Shown here: positions 47,116 to 56,768 of the stretch, piece after piece
How positions within the stretch are numbered: the first letter of the stretch is position 1
Layout of the letters: each line of letters starts with the position of its first letter
Assembly: GCA_011321815.1 (NCBI GenBank)
Contig: DROS01000023.1
Location: 27,653-91,652, forward strand
Source of the DNA: Gammaproteobacteria bacterium
GTDB lineage: Bacteria; Pseudomonadota; Gammaproteobacteria; SZUA-152
Direction: 5' to 3'
DNA length: 64,000 bases
Position numbers and translations under genes: made by a program
Notes under the pieces: model-generated
What the model was told of the DNA's origin: nothing
Database searches by the model: none
What the model saw: only the letters and a program-made list of their open reading frames with translations

Positions 47116-47420
47116 AATCCCCCCTTAACAAACATCATTTGGCAAGAACAATGATGACCGCCATATCAATTGTCCAGAAAATTTCAAATATTCTCATATC
47201 CCGCAGATATGATGAATTTGCTGTTCATGCAATGTCATCATGATCAATCTTTTAACGTCCTTGTTCCAATCATTACTGGCGGCCCGGGATATTGCATTAT
47301 TATTCGCACAACACAAACAGACCAAAGCGCTTTGATTTTGGTGAATACTGCTGCGAAAACACCGATTCAGGCATGAGCACCGGACCGCACCATCTATTGC
47401 AGGCGCTTACCGGCTTTTCA

Positions 47421-48422
47421 TCATCGGCTCAAGCAAGAAAACAATCCTTGCTGCACTTGCGGATAACTTCGCAATTCCTCACGAAACATACCACCCATGG
47501 CAAGATGCACAAAGCCCTGGTTGTTTTCTGCCCGCATCAACTCACCAATCGTATTGTAATTTGCCCCCGGTATATTTTCGCCGGCCCCCATTTCCTGCAC
47601 CTCAAAAGGAAAGATACGCACCTTGTAGTCCAGCTCTTTTTTCAGGCAGCGACCCAACTTGCCAATAGCCTGACTCGACTGTTCACCATAACCACTGAGA
47701 ATAATATCGGCATGTGAGGCGTTGGAAGTGTACATCTTGTTTTTTTCAAAGCTGTGCAATTGCACAACATAGCTATCGGCTTCGACAGCCATCAAAGCGC
47801 GCGTAAAAGCCAACATGTAACCTTTTGCTGGTGGTGCATGCGAGTCAGGCGATAGCGGTGAATGTACAGGCAGCTCTGCCGGAGCAGTATTCCAGGCCGC
47901 TGCACGAAAATTATTTTTGACCATTAATTCCAGCGCAATGATTTCAGTTTCCGCATCGTAAAAACTGTGTGGCGCCTGCAAAACTGTTGCGGACCCCTGC
48001 CCCGCCGCAAACACATAAAAACCTTTGCCATCGTATTTTTTTGCATCTGTCGCAAGTTCTCTCAACACTAGCAAGGCGCGGGGCTCTCCCGGTTTTTCCA
48101 GCAACTCAAAACCCAGGCTTTCCCATTGTTGGCGCAGTTCCGGGTTGTTTTCACCCGCAAACACACGCTGAAACAGTTCCTCCGCCAATGCCCGTTCTTC
48201 CGCACTTGGCAAAAGTGTCTTTTCAATGCCTTCCCCCCGCATATTCACCTCGGTACCACGCACTTCACGCAACATCTCTGCCAGGGTTTCCGCTGCCACC
48301 CATTGCGGTGCTGTCACTAATAAAAGCAGTAACAGGCTTGCAGGCGAAAACACACGTAACAATGGGCAACCCCGGTTATTCCGTTTTTCCGGTATTGCAT
48401 CATTTTTATTATATTCATTCAT
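47421..48422 (-). CDS. Exported hypothetical protein, possible metallo-amidohydrolase fold
   Basis: Signal peptide; LQAPH...D, AAWNT and VQLHSF motifs suggest metal ligands. Family recalled only weakly. Confidence 0.55.
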   Translation of the reverse strand: MNEYNKNDAIPEKRNNRGCPLLRVFSPASLLLLLLVTAPQWVAAETLAEMLREVRGTEVNMRGEGIEKTLLPSAEERALAEELFQRVFAGENNPELRQQWESLGFELLEKPGEPRALLVLRELATDAKKYDGKGFYVFAAGQGSATVLQAPHSFYDAETEIIALELMVKNNFRAAAWNTAPAELPVHSPLSPDSHAPPAKGYMLAFTRALMAVEADSYVVQLHSFEKNKMYTSNASHADIILSGYGEQSSQAIGKLGRCLKKELDYKVRIFPFEVQEMGAGENIPGANYNTIGELMRAENNQGFVHLAMGGMFREELRSYPQVQQGLFSCLSR

Positions 48423-48844
48423 CTTTGTTCCTGACTTTGAGTTGTGCCCAAACAGATCACGTCACACCAACGCAGTGTAACAATCTGCTATTTCTTTATT
48501 GTTTTCGGGAGCCTGCAATCAACCTTGAGGATTCTGCCAGATAAATATGGGCGATTTCCAATTCCACTCTGGTCAATATTTTCTCCTTATTTTATCGGAT
48601 GAAGACAACTATTGTTTGTTAGACATGCGAAATATTTGCTTAAATTCTGCTTATGTTGTTACGCCGGGTTGTCACCAACAACCATAAGTAGATATTGCAC
48701 ATAACCTGAACACAAACACTGGGATGTTTTAGCGCTTCAAAATCAACATTTGATCATCCCCACTGCGGCGACCTCAACCAAGGCCTGGACCAGGCGAGAA
48801 CCGCTTTCTTTGCCTCCGTTTTTAATTCCCGGTAAAATGTGGGC

Positions 48845-48874
48845 TTGATTTTATTAATGATAATCATTATCATT
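48845..48874 (+). promoter_or_regulatory. Fur box overlapping a sigma70-like promoter
   Basis: Perfect 9-1-9 palindrome AATGATAAT-C-ATTATCATT (48856-48874); 17/19 match to GATAATGATAATCATTATC; TTGATT-N17-TATCAT; directly upstream of the Fe3+-binding protein. Confidence 0.9.
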
Positions 48875-48908
48875 TGCAACAAGTCAGCTACATACTGGAA
48901 AATCTCAC

Positions 48909-49925
48909 ATGAAACACATTTCTTCTATCCTGATGCCCGGCCTTCTCGCACTTGTTTTATCCATTTCTCCTCTGTTGTCTTTCGCCGATGACAGCCTGAT
49001 CGTCTACTCCGGTCGTAGTGACAAATTCGTTAAGCCAGTCATTGCTGAATTCACCCGGCAGACTGGCATCAAAGTCACTTTACACACCGGTAAATCCACG
49101 GCGCTGCTCAACAAATTGCGCATCGAAGGTGCGCGCACTGATGCTGACCTGTTCCTCAGTAACGATGCCGGCAATCTGCAACGCGGTAGTGATTGGGGAC
49201 TGTTTCGCGCCATGACACCCTCGCTGGTTGCCCCCATCAAAAAAAGTTACCGTGCCCCCGATAATACCTGGGTGGGCCTGTCTGCACGTGCGCGCGTATT
49301 GGTGGTCAATACCCACGGGCCATGGGCCGATAAGCTCAATTCGGTATTCGACCTCGCCGACCCTGCACTCAAAGGCAAACTGGGCATCACCAACAGCACC
49401 AACGGTAGCTACATCGCTGGTGTAACGGTGTACATGCTTGCCGCAGGCAAAGACAAAACCCGCCAGTGGCTACAAGGTATGAAGGCCAACGTAAACGGCA
49501 AGGTATTCAACAAGCACAGCCAAATCGTCAAAGCCGTCGCCAGCGGCAAATTACAAGCAGGGCTGGTAAACCACTATTACATTTATCGGCATCTCGACAA
49601 ACATCCTGATGCACCGATCAAAATTGTATTGCCTGACCAAGGCAAAGACGGCATGGGCGTCGCCTGGAATGTAGCAGGTATCGCTATCAGCAAACATACC
49701 GCCAAAGCAGCACTGGCGGAAAAACTGGTGGCTTTCCTGATTTCAACAACCGGACAGAAACAGTTTGCCGAGGTCAACCGTGAATACCCCACCCGTAGCG
49801 GCGTCGCCGCCAGCCCGGTAATTCCCGCCGCCGGCAGTTACCGGATTGCCGATGTACCCATGTCAGCATTGGGCAAGCAGCGTGATGCGACGTTGAATCT
49901 GATTGAAGAAGTGGGAATGCCTTGA
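48909..49925 (+). CDS. Fe3+ ABC transporter periplasmic binding protein (FbpA/FutA-like)
   Basis: LIVYSGR, WVGLSARAR, LVNHYY (tandem Tyr iron ligands), VNREYP; Fur box upstream. Confidence 0.92.
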   Translation: MKHISSILMPGLLALVLSISPLLSFADDSLIVYSGRSDKFVKPVIAEFTRQTGIKVTLHTGKSTALLNKLRIEGARTDADLFLSNDAGNLQRGSDWGLFRAMTPSLVAPIKKSYRAPDNTWVGLSARARVLVVNTHGPWADKLNSVFDLADPALKGKLGITNSTNGSYIAGVTVYMLAAGKDKTRQWLQGMKANVNGKVFNKHSQIVKAVASGKLQAGLVNHYYIYRHLDKHPDAPIKIVLPDQGKDGMGVAWNVAGIAISKHTAKAALAEKLVAFLISTTGQKQFAEVNREYPTRSGVAASPVIPAAGSYRIADVPMSALGKQRDATLNLIEEVGMP

Positions 49926-49931
49926 ACAGCA

Positions 49932-51578
49932 ATGACAAATGGCCAGGAGCTATGGATTAGGTTGACTTCCTCACTTCTGGCATTAACCGGTCCCATACGG
50001 ACCGGTCGACGTTTTACCTCGCTGGGCGGGCTTGCCACTGCCGTGGTGCTGCTGGCGGCCATGCCGCTACTGTACGTCATTTACAACAGTCTGCAATTAT
50101 CCGCTGATGAGTGGCTCCAACTCTGGAGCAGCCGACTTCCTGAGCTGCTGTGGAACACGCTGTCACTGGCAGTACTGGTGGCCGTTGGTTGTGTATTGCT
50201 GGGAGTTTCCAGCGCCTGGTGGATTGCCCGCCGTGATTTCCCCGGACGTAAACTCGCTACCTGGCTGATGATTCTGCCACTGACTGTACCCACTTATGTG
50301 TTCGCGCATATTTACACCACCTTATTGGAAGAAGATGGCTGGCTGGGTCGATTATGGCTGGGGCTGTTCGGCGAAACCACGCAGCTGCCGGATTTATACA
50401 ACATCTGGGGCACGACTCTGATTCTTTCGCTGGCCGGTTTTTCCTATGTCTTTCTGCTGGCGCGCGCCGCGCTGTCACAACCGACCCGCTCCCTGGAAGA
50501 AGCCGCGCGCATTCAGGGCGCCTCAACACTGGAGGTTTTCTGGCGGGTGAACCTGCCATTATTGCGTCCCGCCATCGCAGCCGGACTGGCAGTAGTGGTA
50601 TTGCACGTACTCTCTGATTTTGGCGCAGTAAGTATGCTGCGCTTCCAAACCTTCACCCTCAGTATTTACCTACAAATGAGCGGTCGTTTTGATTATCAGG
50701 CCGCTGCCGGGTTGTCTTTGGTGCTGGTGATGCTAAGCCTCACTTTTTTGGTATTGGAGCGTTTCTTCCGCAGCCGTCAGCGTTATTATTCCGCACGTCA
50801 CTCACGCCAACAATCATTGCGCCAGGCCACTCCGTTGGAAACGAGTCTGATCTGGATATGGCTGGGACTGATCACCCTGCTGGCCTTTGGCCTGCCTTTG
50901 GCCTGGATGCTGAGCTGGAGCTGGCAGGCCTGGGCCGGCGATCTCATCAATGCCGAATTCTGGGGCTACGCCGGAAACTCATTAATGGTCGCGGTGGTCG
51001 CGGCAACACTGGCTGTCATCGCCGCCTTCCCGGTAGCCTTTTATAATGCGCGCAAACGTTCGCTGGGCAGCCAGGCCCTGCTGCAATTTTCCAGTGTCGG
51101 CTTTGTGCTGCCCGGCCCGGTGATCGCACTGGGTATCCTCAGTTTTCTGCTCGCGCAACTGCCATTGCTTTATGGCGGGCTGGCCGCACTGTTTATTGCC
51201 CTGGTCATTCGTTTTCTGCCACTCGCGGTGCAATCCCAAGACGCCGCCTTGGCCCAGCTCACCCCCTCAGTGGAACAGGCCAGTCGCAGTCTCGGTGCCG
51301 GACCACTGGAAACACTATGGCGCGTGGTACTGCCAATGATTCGCGGCGGCATGGCCACCGCCTGGGTACTGGTCTTCATTGACACCCTCAAAGAACTGCC
51401 CGCAACGCTGATTCTACGCCCCACCGGTTTTGACACCCTGCCGGTACGCATCTGGATTGAGGCCAGTGAAGAAATGCTGGAGCTGGCTGCCCCCGCGGCA
51501 CTGATGCTGGTCATCGGCACCCTTCCCGTACTGTGGATCATGATGAAAAACCACTCTTTGAGCATGGATAAAGACTAG
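49932..51578 (+). CDS. Fe3+ ABC transporter permease (FbpB/FutB-like)
   Basis: Two EAA loops (LEEAARIQG, VEQASRSLG), LSDFGAV, LKELPATLILRP. Confidence 0.92.
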   Translation: MTNGQELWIRLTSSLLALTGPIRTGRRFTSLGGLATAVVLLAAMPLLYVIYNSLQLSADEWLQLWSSRLPELLWNTLSLAVLVAVGCVLLGVSSAWWIARRDFPGRKLATWLMILPLTVPTYVFAHIYTTLLEEDGWLGRLWLGLFGETTQLPDLYNIWGTTLILSLAGFSYVFLLARAALSQPTRSLEEAARIQGASTLEVFWRVNLPLLRPAIAAGLAVVVLHVLSDFGAVSMLRFQTFTLSIYLQMSGRFDYQAAAGLSLVLVMLSLTFLVLERFFRSRQRYYSARHSRQQSLRQATPLETSLIWIWLGLITLLAFGLPLAWMLSWSWQAWAGDLINAEFWGYAGNSLMVAVVAATLAVIAAFPVAFYNARKRSLGSQALLQFSSVGFVLPGPVIALGILSFLLAQLPLLYGGLAALFIALVIRFLPLAVQSQDAALAQLTPSVEQASRSLGAGPLETLWRVVLPMIRGGMATAWVLVFIDTLKELPATLILRPTGFDTLPVRIWIEASEEMLELAAPAALMLVIGTLPVLWIMMKNHSLSMDKD

Positions 51579-51817
51579 GTAAAACTGTCGGCTTTTCTTA
51601 CACTTGAATCAGGCTGTTGCGGGCCTGTTTGTCATAAAACCTTCCATCCCATTGATTCATATCACTATATATTTTTTGGCCCGAATATTGCTGTTGCGCA
51701 ATAAATGATCAATAATACATGCTCAACGCATAAATGATTATCCAGCAGTCATCGTTTAGCGTCCACAAGGATGTCACGTGGCTCAGTATCAACCCAATTG
51801 CCAGCAGTCATGATTTT

Positions 51818-52363
51818 ATGAAATACGCCACGAAACAGCCCCCCCAACACCTCACCCTCTTTAACTTTCAGCGTAGCCAATATTTTTTTCTGTTGCTGTG
51901 CAGCAGCTTGCTTGGCAACCCTGCTTTTGCCGGACAGAGCAGCGAACAAAAACACATAGAAAAAGAACTGCGCTGCCTGGCGCTAAATGTTTATTTTGAA
52001 GCCCGGGGTGAAAAAGCAGAAGGACAATTGGCAGTGGCCCTGGTTACCATGAACCGTATGAAAAGTCGGCACTACCCCAACAGTGTCTGCGGTGTAGTCT
52101 GGCAAAAACGGCAATTCAGCTGGACCCACGATGGCAAAAGCGACCGCCCCACCGACATGCGCGCCTGGAAACTGGCCAGAAAAATTGCCCGGGTCACCTA
52201 TCAGGGATATAACAGATTATCCGCACACAGCCGCAAGGCACTGGATTTGACCAAGGGTGCTTTACACTTCTACGCCCCCAATCTGGCCTCACCTTATTGG
52301 GCAGAAGTTCACTCGGTAACACGTGTTATCGGCAGGCATGTTTTTCTGACAGGCAGAAGTTAA
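51818..52363 (+). CDS. SleB-like cell wall hydrolase (Hydrolase_2)
   Basis: CLALNVYFEARGE, VTMNR, VCGVVWQKRQFSW, HFYAP, IGRHVF. Confidence 0.9.
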   Translation: MKYATKQPPQHLTLFNFQRSQYFFLLLCSSLLGNPAFAGQSSEQKHIEKELRCLALNVYFEARGEKAEGQLAVALVTMNRMKSRHYPNSVCGVVWQKRQFSWTHDGKSDRPTDMRAWKLARKIARVTYQGYNRLSAHSRKALDLTKGALHFYAPNLASPYWAEVHSVTRVIGRHVFLTGRS

Positions 52364-52392
52364 GAAGTCAGGGAGTGTTAACGCCGCCTAAC

Positions 52393-53430
52393 CTACACTG
52401 GCTCCTTCCAGGAAATATTGTCTTTCAGCTGCATGGCGCGCACACTCAACATATAAGGTTTGGTGTCAGACGACTCGTAATAGGTACGGGTCATCATTTC
52501 ACTCATAATGCCGGTGGTAAAAAACTGGATCGACACCACCACCAGCAATATGCCCAATAGCAGCAGTGGACGGGCACCAATATCTTCGCCAAAAACAACC
52601 TTCAGTATCGCCAGATACGTCAGCATGCTGCCACCCAAAGCACCAATCACCAGGCCGATGCGGCCAAAAAAATGTCCGGGCCGCGCACGAAAACGCATAA
52701 AAAAATACACAAACAGCAAATCCAGCAACACCCGGTAGGCCCGGGAAATTCCGTACTTTGATTCACCGAATTGCCGCGCATGATGTGTCACCACCTCTTC
52801 TTTGATGCGCGACGGTGAGGTGTTTGATGCCACCCAGGCTGGAATAAAACGGTGCATCTCACCATACAGGCGTATACTTTTGATGATCGCAGCGCGATAA
52901 ACTTTCAGGCTGCACCCATAATCGTGCAACTCCACACCCGTAATATTGCCAATCAAACGATTAGCCATACGTGAGGGAATTTTACGCATCAGCAGATTAT
53001 CCTGCCGATCCTTGCGCCAGCCGGACAGCAGATCCAGATCCTCGCGCAACAGGCGCGATACCATGCGCGGAATATCAATGGGATCATTTTGTAAATCACC
53101 ATCCATGGTCACAATGACTTCACCCCGTGCCGCATCAATCCCTGCCTGCATGGCGGCAGTCTGACCAAAATTACGTTGCAGCTCAATAAGACGCACATGC
53201 CTGATTTCTTTTTCAGACAACAGCTGGCAGACCCTTTGCACCGTAGCATCTGAACTACCATCATCCACCAGCAGCAATTCCCATTTGTCCGGGTAATTGG
53301 CCAATGCCTCATTGGTGCGCTCAATCAATGGGCCAACACTGCCTTCTTCGTTATACAGGGGAACAACCACAGACAGGGAGGCCGCTATGGAGGATGATTC
53401 GTGAGAATCAGTCTGGTTGGTGGTGCTCAT
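52393..53430 (-). CDS. GT2 polyprenyl-phosphate glycosyltransferase (ArnC-like)
   Basis: VVVPLYNEE, VDDGSSD, RNFGQTAA, DGDLQNDP (DxD), HDYGCSLK, two C-terminal TM helices. Confidence 0.92.
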   Translation of the reverse strand: MSTTNQTDSHESSSIAASLSVVVPLYNEEGSVGPLIERTNEALANYPDKWELLLVDDGSSDATVQRVCQLLSEKEIRHVRLIELQRNFGQTAAMQAGIDAARGEVIVTMDGDLQNDPIDIPRMVSRLLREDLDLLSGWRKDRQDNLLMRKIPSRMANRLIGNITGVELHDYGCSLKVYRAAIIKSIRLYGEMHRFIPAWVASNTSPSRIKEEVVTHHARQFGESKYGISRAYRVLLDLLFVYFFMRFRARPGHFFGRIGLVIGALGGSMLTYLAILKVVFGEDIGARPLLLLGILLVVVSIQFFTTGIMSEMMTRTYYESSDTKPYMLSVRAMQLKDNISWKEPV

Positions 53431-53551
53431 TTAAAATGTGACTCCCGCATCAAGGCGCACAAATGGCCTGAATTCATTTTACGTGAATTATTTTTGCGTG
53501 AGTATAACGGATACTTCCGGTCCAGGTCGCGCCTGCACAGCAAGCATATGT

Positions 53552-53833
53552 TTATTGTGGGGAAGCCTCCTGCTCCGGAGCAGGGTGGGTAAATTCGTAA
53601 TACCGCACCTGACGACGAAACACGTCTATATCAATAGGCGCAAGCACTTCATCCATCAGACTTTTCATCGGCAGGGGCTGGGAATCCGGCGCCGTTTTTT
53701 TCCATGGCACAATATACAAAACTTTGGGTAACTCACGAGCACCGGTAATTTCGGTTTCCTCCAACTCCAGCTTCACCTCAGCCATAGCCGGCACCACCAA
53801 AAACATCAGCAGAATCAACCATGCCCAACGCAT
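53552..53833 (-). CDS. Small conserved exported protein of the envelope operon
   Basis: Signal peptide and an ITGARELPKVLYIVPW motif. Confidence 0.72.
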   Translation of the reverse strand: MRWAWLILLMFLVVPAMAEVKLELEETEITGARELPKVLYIVPWKKTAPDSQPLPMKSLMDEVLAPIDIDVFRRQVRYYEFTHPAPEQEASPQ

Positions 53834-53843
53834 AAAAATGTGA

Positions 53844-56768
53844 TTATTCAATAGCATGACTCACCTGTTCCGTTTTCTCTGATTTGGCATAACGGATGGG
53901 GTCCAGTTTGCTTAAGGCCTGGAAACTTTTTTTGACCCATTCGTTATAAACACCCGCCACTGCACGCTCAGCATTCACCACATGTACATCAATGGCCTTT
54001 TCCTCAAAGGGGAACGCCTGCTCCTCCAATAAAATATCGTACTGCTCCAACTCCTCGGCTGACAACCCCTTGGGCCGCTCAGAATCAAACAGCCCCTGGC
54101 CAAAATCGTTATAAATCTCCGCAATACGGTACGTGGAAGCCGTAGTCACTGCCTCAATACCATAATTCGCGGCATCCGTGTAAGCTTTGATGCTCTCTTC
54201 CATCAACTTTTTCTTTTTCTGTAAATTCTTCTTCAACGGCTGCACTAAACGTACTCTTCGATATACCGTGTATGTAGGCCCGGCAAGCTCCAGAGCAGCT
54301 TCTGCTGCAAGATAACGGCTGCGGTCAGTGGCAGGGCCGCTTTTGTTTGCCTCAATAATTTTTCCCAACCAATAATTACGTGCCGCAGTCTGTTTTTTAT
54401 TGAGATAAATCGTTGCCAAACGATGACGTGCTTCAATTGCCTCATCAAAAGGACGAGGGAATGTCGTTACATAACGTTTATAAGCCGCAATGGCCTCATC
54501 CTGTCGTTTTGCTTTTTCATAAAACTCAGCGATTTGCCACAATAACAAACGTTTTTTATTGCTGTCGGTTTCATTGCGATACAAAACCTCATATGAATCA
54601 GCAGCACGTTTCCAGTCGCCATTTTTTTCATAAGCCAATGCCAGTTTCTCATCCGCACCTGAGCGCAGTTTATGGCGAGGGTAAGCACGTACAAATGCCT
54701 TTAATACCGGAATAGCCATGGCCCAATCCTGGTTGGCATACAACGACGCAGCGGCATCATAATCGGCATTGGCACGAATACTTGTTTTGGGTGCAAGTTT
54801 ACCAACACGCAAAAAGTGGCGTGCGGCAACGCGATAATTGCCAGCGGCCCTGGCCTGCTCACCCTGTTTATAAATTGCTGCCGCCAAACGCTCCATGTGA
54901 ACAGTGCGATCTTTATCATTCGTGGGTGAAAGCTGTAAACGCTTAAGGGTTGCCATTTCAGCTTCTGCATAATGGCCCAGCTGAAATTCACCTTGGGCAA
55001 TAATCGCCCAGTTGATACGTGATAATTCTTCCGTACCCGCCGCTGCATTAATCACCCGTTTATGGCCCACCACATAATAGGCCGTACCTACAGCATTGCG
55101 GTAATCTTTTAACGCCAATAACTCTTCTGCGGCTTTGGACATCACGTTGACAGCGCGTTTATCCTCAGGAAAATTCGTTACAAAACGCTTGCCACTGGCA
55201 ATGGCAACTTTTCGCTTCAAAACAGCGGCAGCCCCCTTTAATGATTTTGCCTGTGCACGGTGTGCCAATAAGGCAGCATAAGCAGCTTCCGCACTTTGTG
55301 CGTGTGGCGGATAGTGATACGCCGTATACTCAAATTCTGCGGCGGCAGCCTGCACATCACCACTGTCCAACAAGCTTTCTGCCAACAACATATTTTTTTC
55401 CGGTGTATCTTTGTCTTCAGGGAAAGAGCGCACATACGTGCGATACCACAGTGCAGCAATGCGATAATCTTCCGGTTTTTTGCTGCTCTGTGCCTGTGCG
55501 TGATAATAGCCCGTCAAATCATCCAGATTACTTTTCAAGTGTGGCAACAATTGTGTTAACAATTGTTGATCATGCTTTTCCCAGAAGGCTGTACCCACCC
55601 CATAGCCCATCACCAAATCGGCCTTGGCACGTAACAAATCATCTTTTCGGCCCGCTTCTTTATAAATGTCGATGACACGCACCAGAAACAGGGGGGCGCT
55701 GCGATGCAACGGATAATGTTCAACAAAGTACATAAATGTCTCTGACGCATCTCCGCTACGTTTCTGAGTTAAATACAAATCAGCCAGACGTTCATAAATA
55801 CGGAATTCATAATCCCGTGGACCGTAGTCCTTAAAAAAGGCTGCCACACTTTCATATCCCTTCAGATAAGAAAAAGACAGACTCACAATGCGCAGCGTAT
55901 CTTCCAACAATTCCAGCTCGCTGCGAGAAAAATCAGCAAGCTTACGGCCACCAGCAAAACTGCTGTCCAACACAGCAAAATAGGACTTCAATGAGCGCTC
56001 AGTATCCCCCTGCTTAAACACCGACCAACCACGTTTAAACATGGCGCGACCGTAGTAGGCGCCTGCCGCACCCAGCGCAAGTACACTGTTGTACGCCTGC
56101 TCAGCCGCTTCAAACTCCCGGAAAGTAAACAGGATTTCACCCCGCCGGAATTGCAGCTCGGCAAAGTTTGTTTCATTGGGAAACTTTTTCACTAACTGGG
56201 TCAGCACATCCAATGTTTTTTCCAGCTCACCATTAAGTTCATATGCACGAGCCAGTTGATACATGACACGATTGTTACCAGCATAATCCGGATACAGCTT
56301 TAACAGGCGTTCATATTGATGTATGGCACTGCCCATGTTTTCTGATTCCGCGATCTCCTGATTCAATGCAGCCTCAGATTCTGCCGCATCCGCTTCATTT
56401 TGTGCCGCACTGGCTATGACGAGGGCATCATCTGTTTTTTCCGATTCAGCAGACATTCCTGCTGACCCACTCTCGCCCGCCAGTTCGGCCTGTTTATTTT
56501 CCAGTGACAAATCGGCCAGACGCTGCAAGGCAATGGCCCGCAATGCGCCATTATTGGTGGTTCTTGCAAGCTGTTCATAAGTGCGCTGAACATCGCGACG
56601 TGACAATCGCGGCAATACCTGCGGTTCAATTTTTTCTGCCCGCTCAGCCAGTAATTCGATAGTGGGATCTTCGTCGATGGTTTTTTTACCCGCGCACGCC
56701 GATAGTAGCAATGAAAAAATCACCAACAGCAATACTGTCCAGTGGGACTGTGAGCGCTGCGCTGTCAT
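53844..56768 (-). CDS. Large TPR lipoprotein
   Basis: Lipobox LLSAC; many TPRs (YQLARAYE, QFRRGEILF, ASTYRIAEIY); C-terminal LEEQAFPFEEKAI. Confidence 0.87.
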   Translation of the reverse strand: MTAQRSQSHWTVLLLVIFSLLLSACAGKKTIDEDPTIELLAERAEKIEPQVLPRLSRRDVQRTYEQLARTTNNGALRAIALQRLADLSLENKQAELAGESGSAGMSAESEKTDDALVIASAAQNEADAAESEAALNQEIAESENMGSAIHQYERLLKLYPDYAGNNRVMYQLARAYELNGELEKTLDVLTQLVKKFPNETNFAELQFRRGEILFTFREFEAAEQAYNSVLALGAAGAYYGRAMFKRGWSVFKQGDTERSLKSYFAVLDSSFAGGRKLADFSRSELELLEDTLRIVSLSFSYLKGYESVAAFFKDYGPRDYEFRIYERLADLYLTQKRSGDASETFMYFVEHYPLHRSAPLFLVRVIDIYKEAGRKDDLLRAKADLVMGYGVGTAFWEKHDQQLLTQLLPHLKSNLDDLTGYYHAQAQSSKKPEDYRIAALWYRTYVRSFPEDKDTPEKNMLLAESLLDSGDVQAAAAEFEYTAYHYPPHAQSAEAAYAALLAHRAQAKSLKGAAAVLKRKVAIASGKRFVTNFPEDKRAVNVMSKAAEELLALKDYRNAVGTAYYVVGHKRVINAAAGTEELSRINWAIIAQGEFQLGHYAEAEMATLKRLQLSPTNDKDRTVHMERLAAAIYKQGEQARAAGNYRVAARHFLRVGKLAPKTSIRANADYDAAASLYANQDWAMAIPVLKAFVRAYPRHKLRSGADEKLALAYEKNGDWKRAADSYEVLYRNETDSNKKRLLLWQIAEFYEKAKRQDEAIAAYKRYVTTFPRPFDEAIEARHRLATIYLNKKQTAARNYWLGKIIEANKSGPATDRSRYLAAEAALELAGPTYTVYRRVRLVQPLKKNLQKKKKLMEESIKAYTDAANYGIEAVTTASTYRIAEIYNDFGQGLFDSERPKGLSAEELEQYDILLEEQAFPFEEKAIDVHVVNAERAVAGVYNEWVKKSFQALSKLDPIRYAKSEKTEQVSHAIE

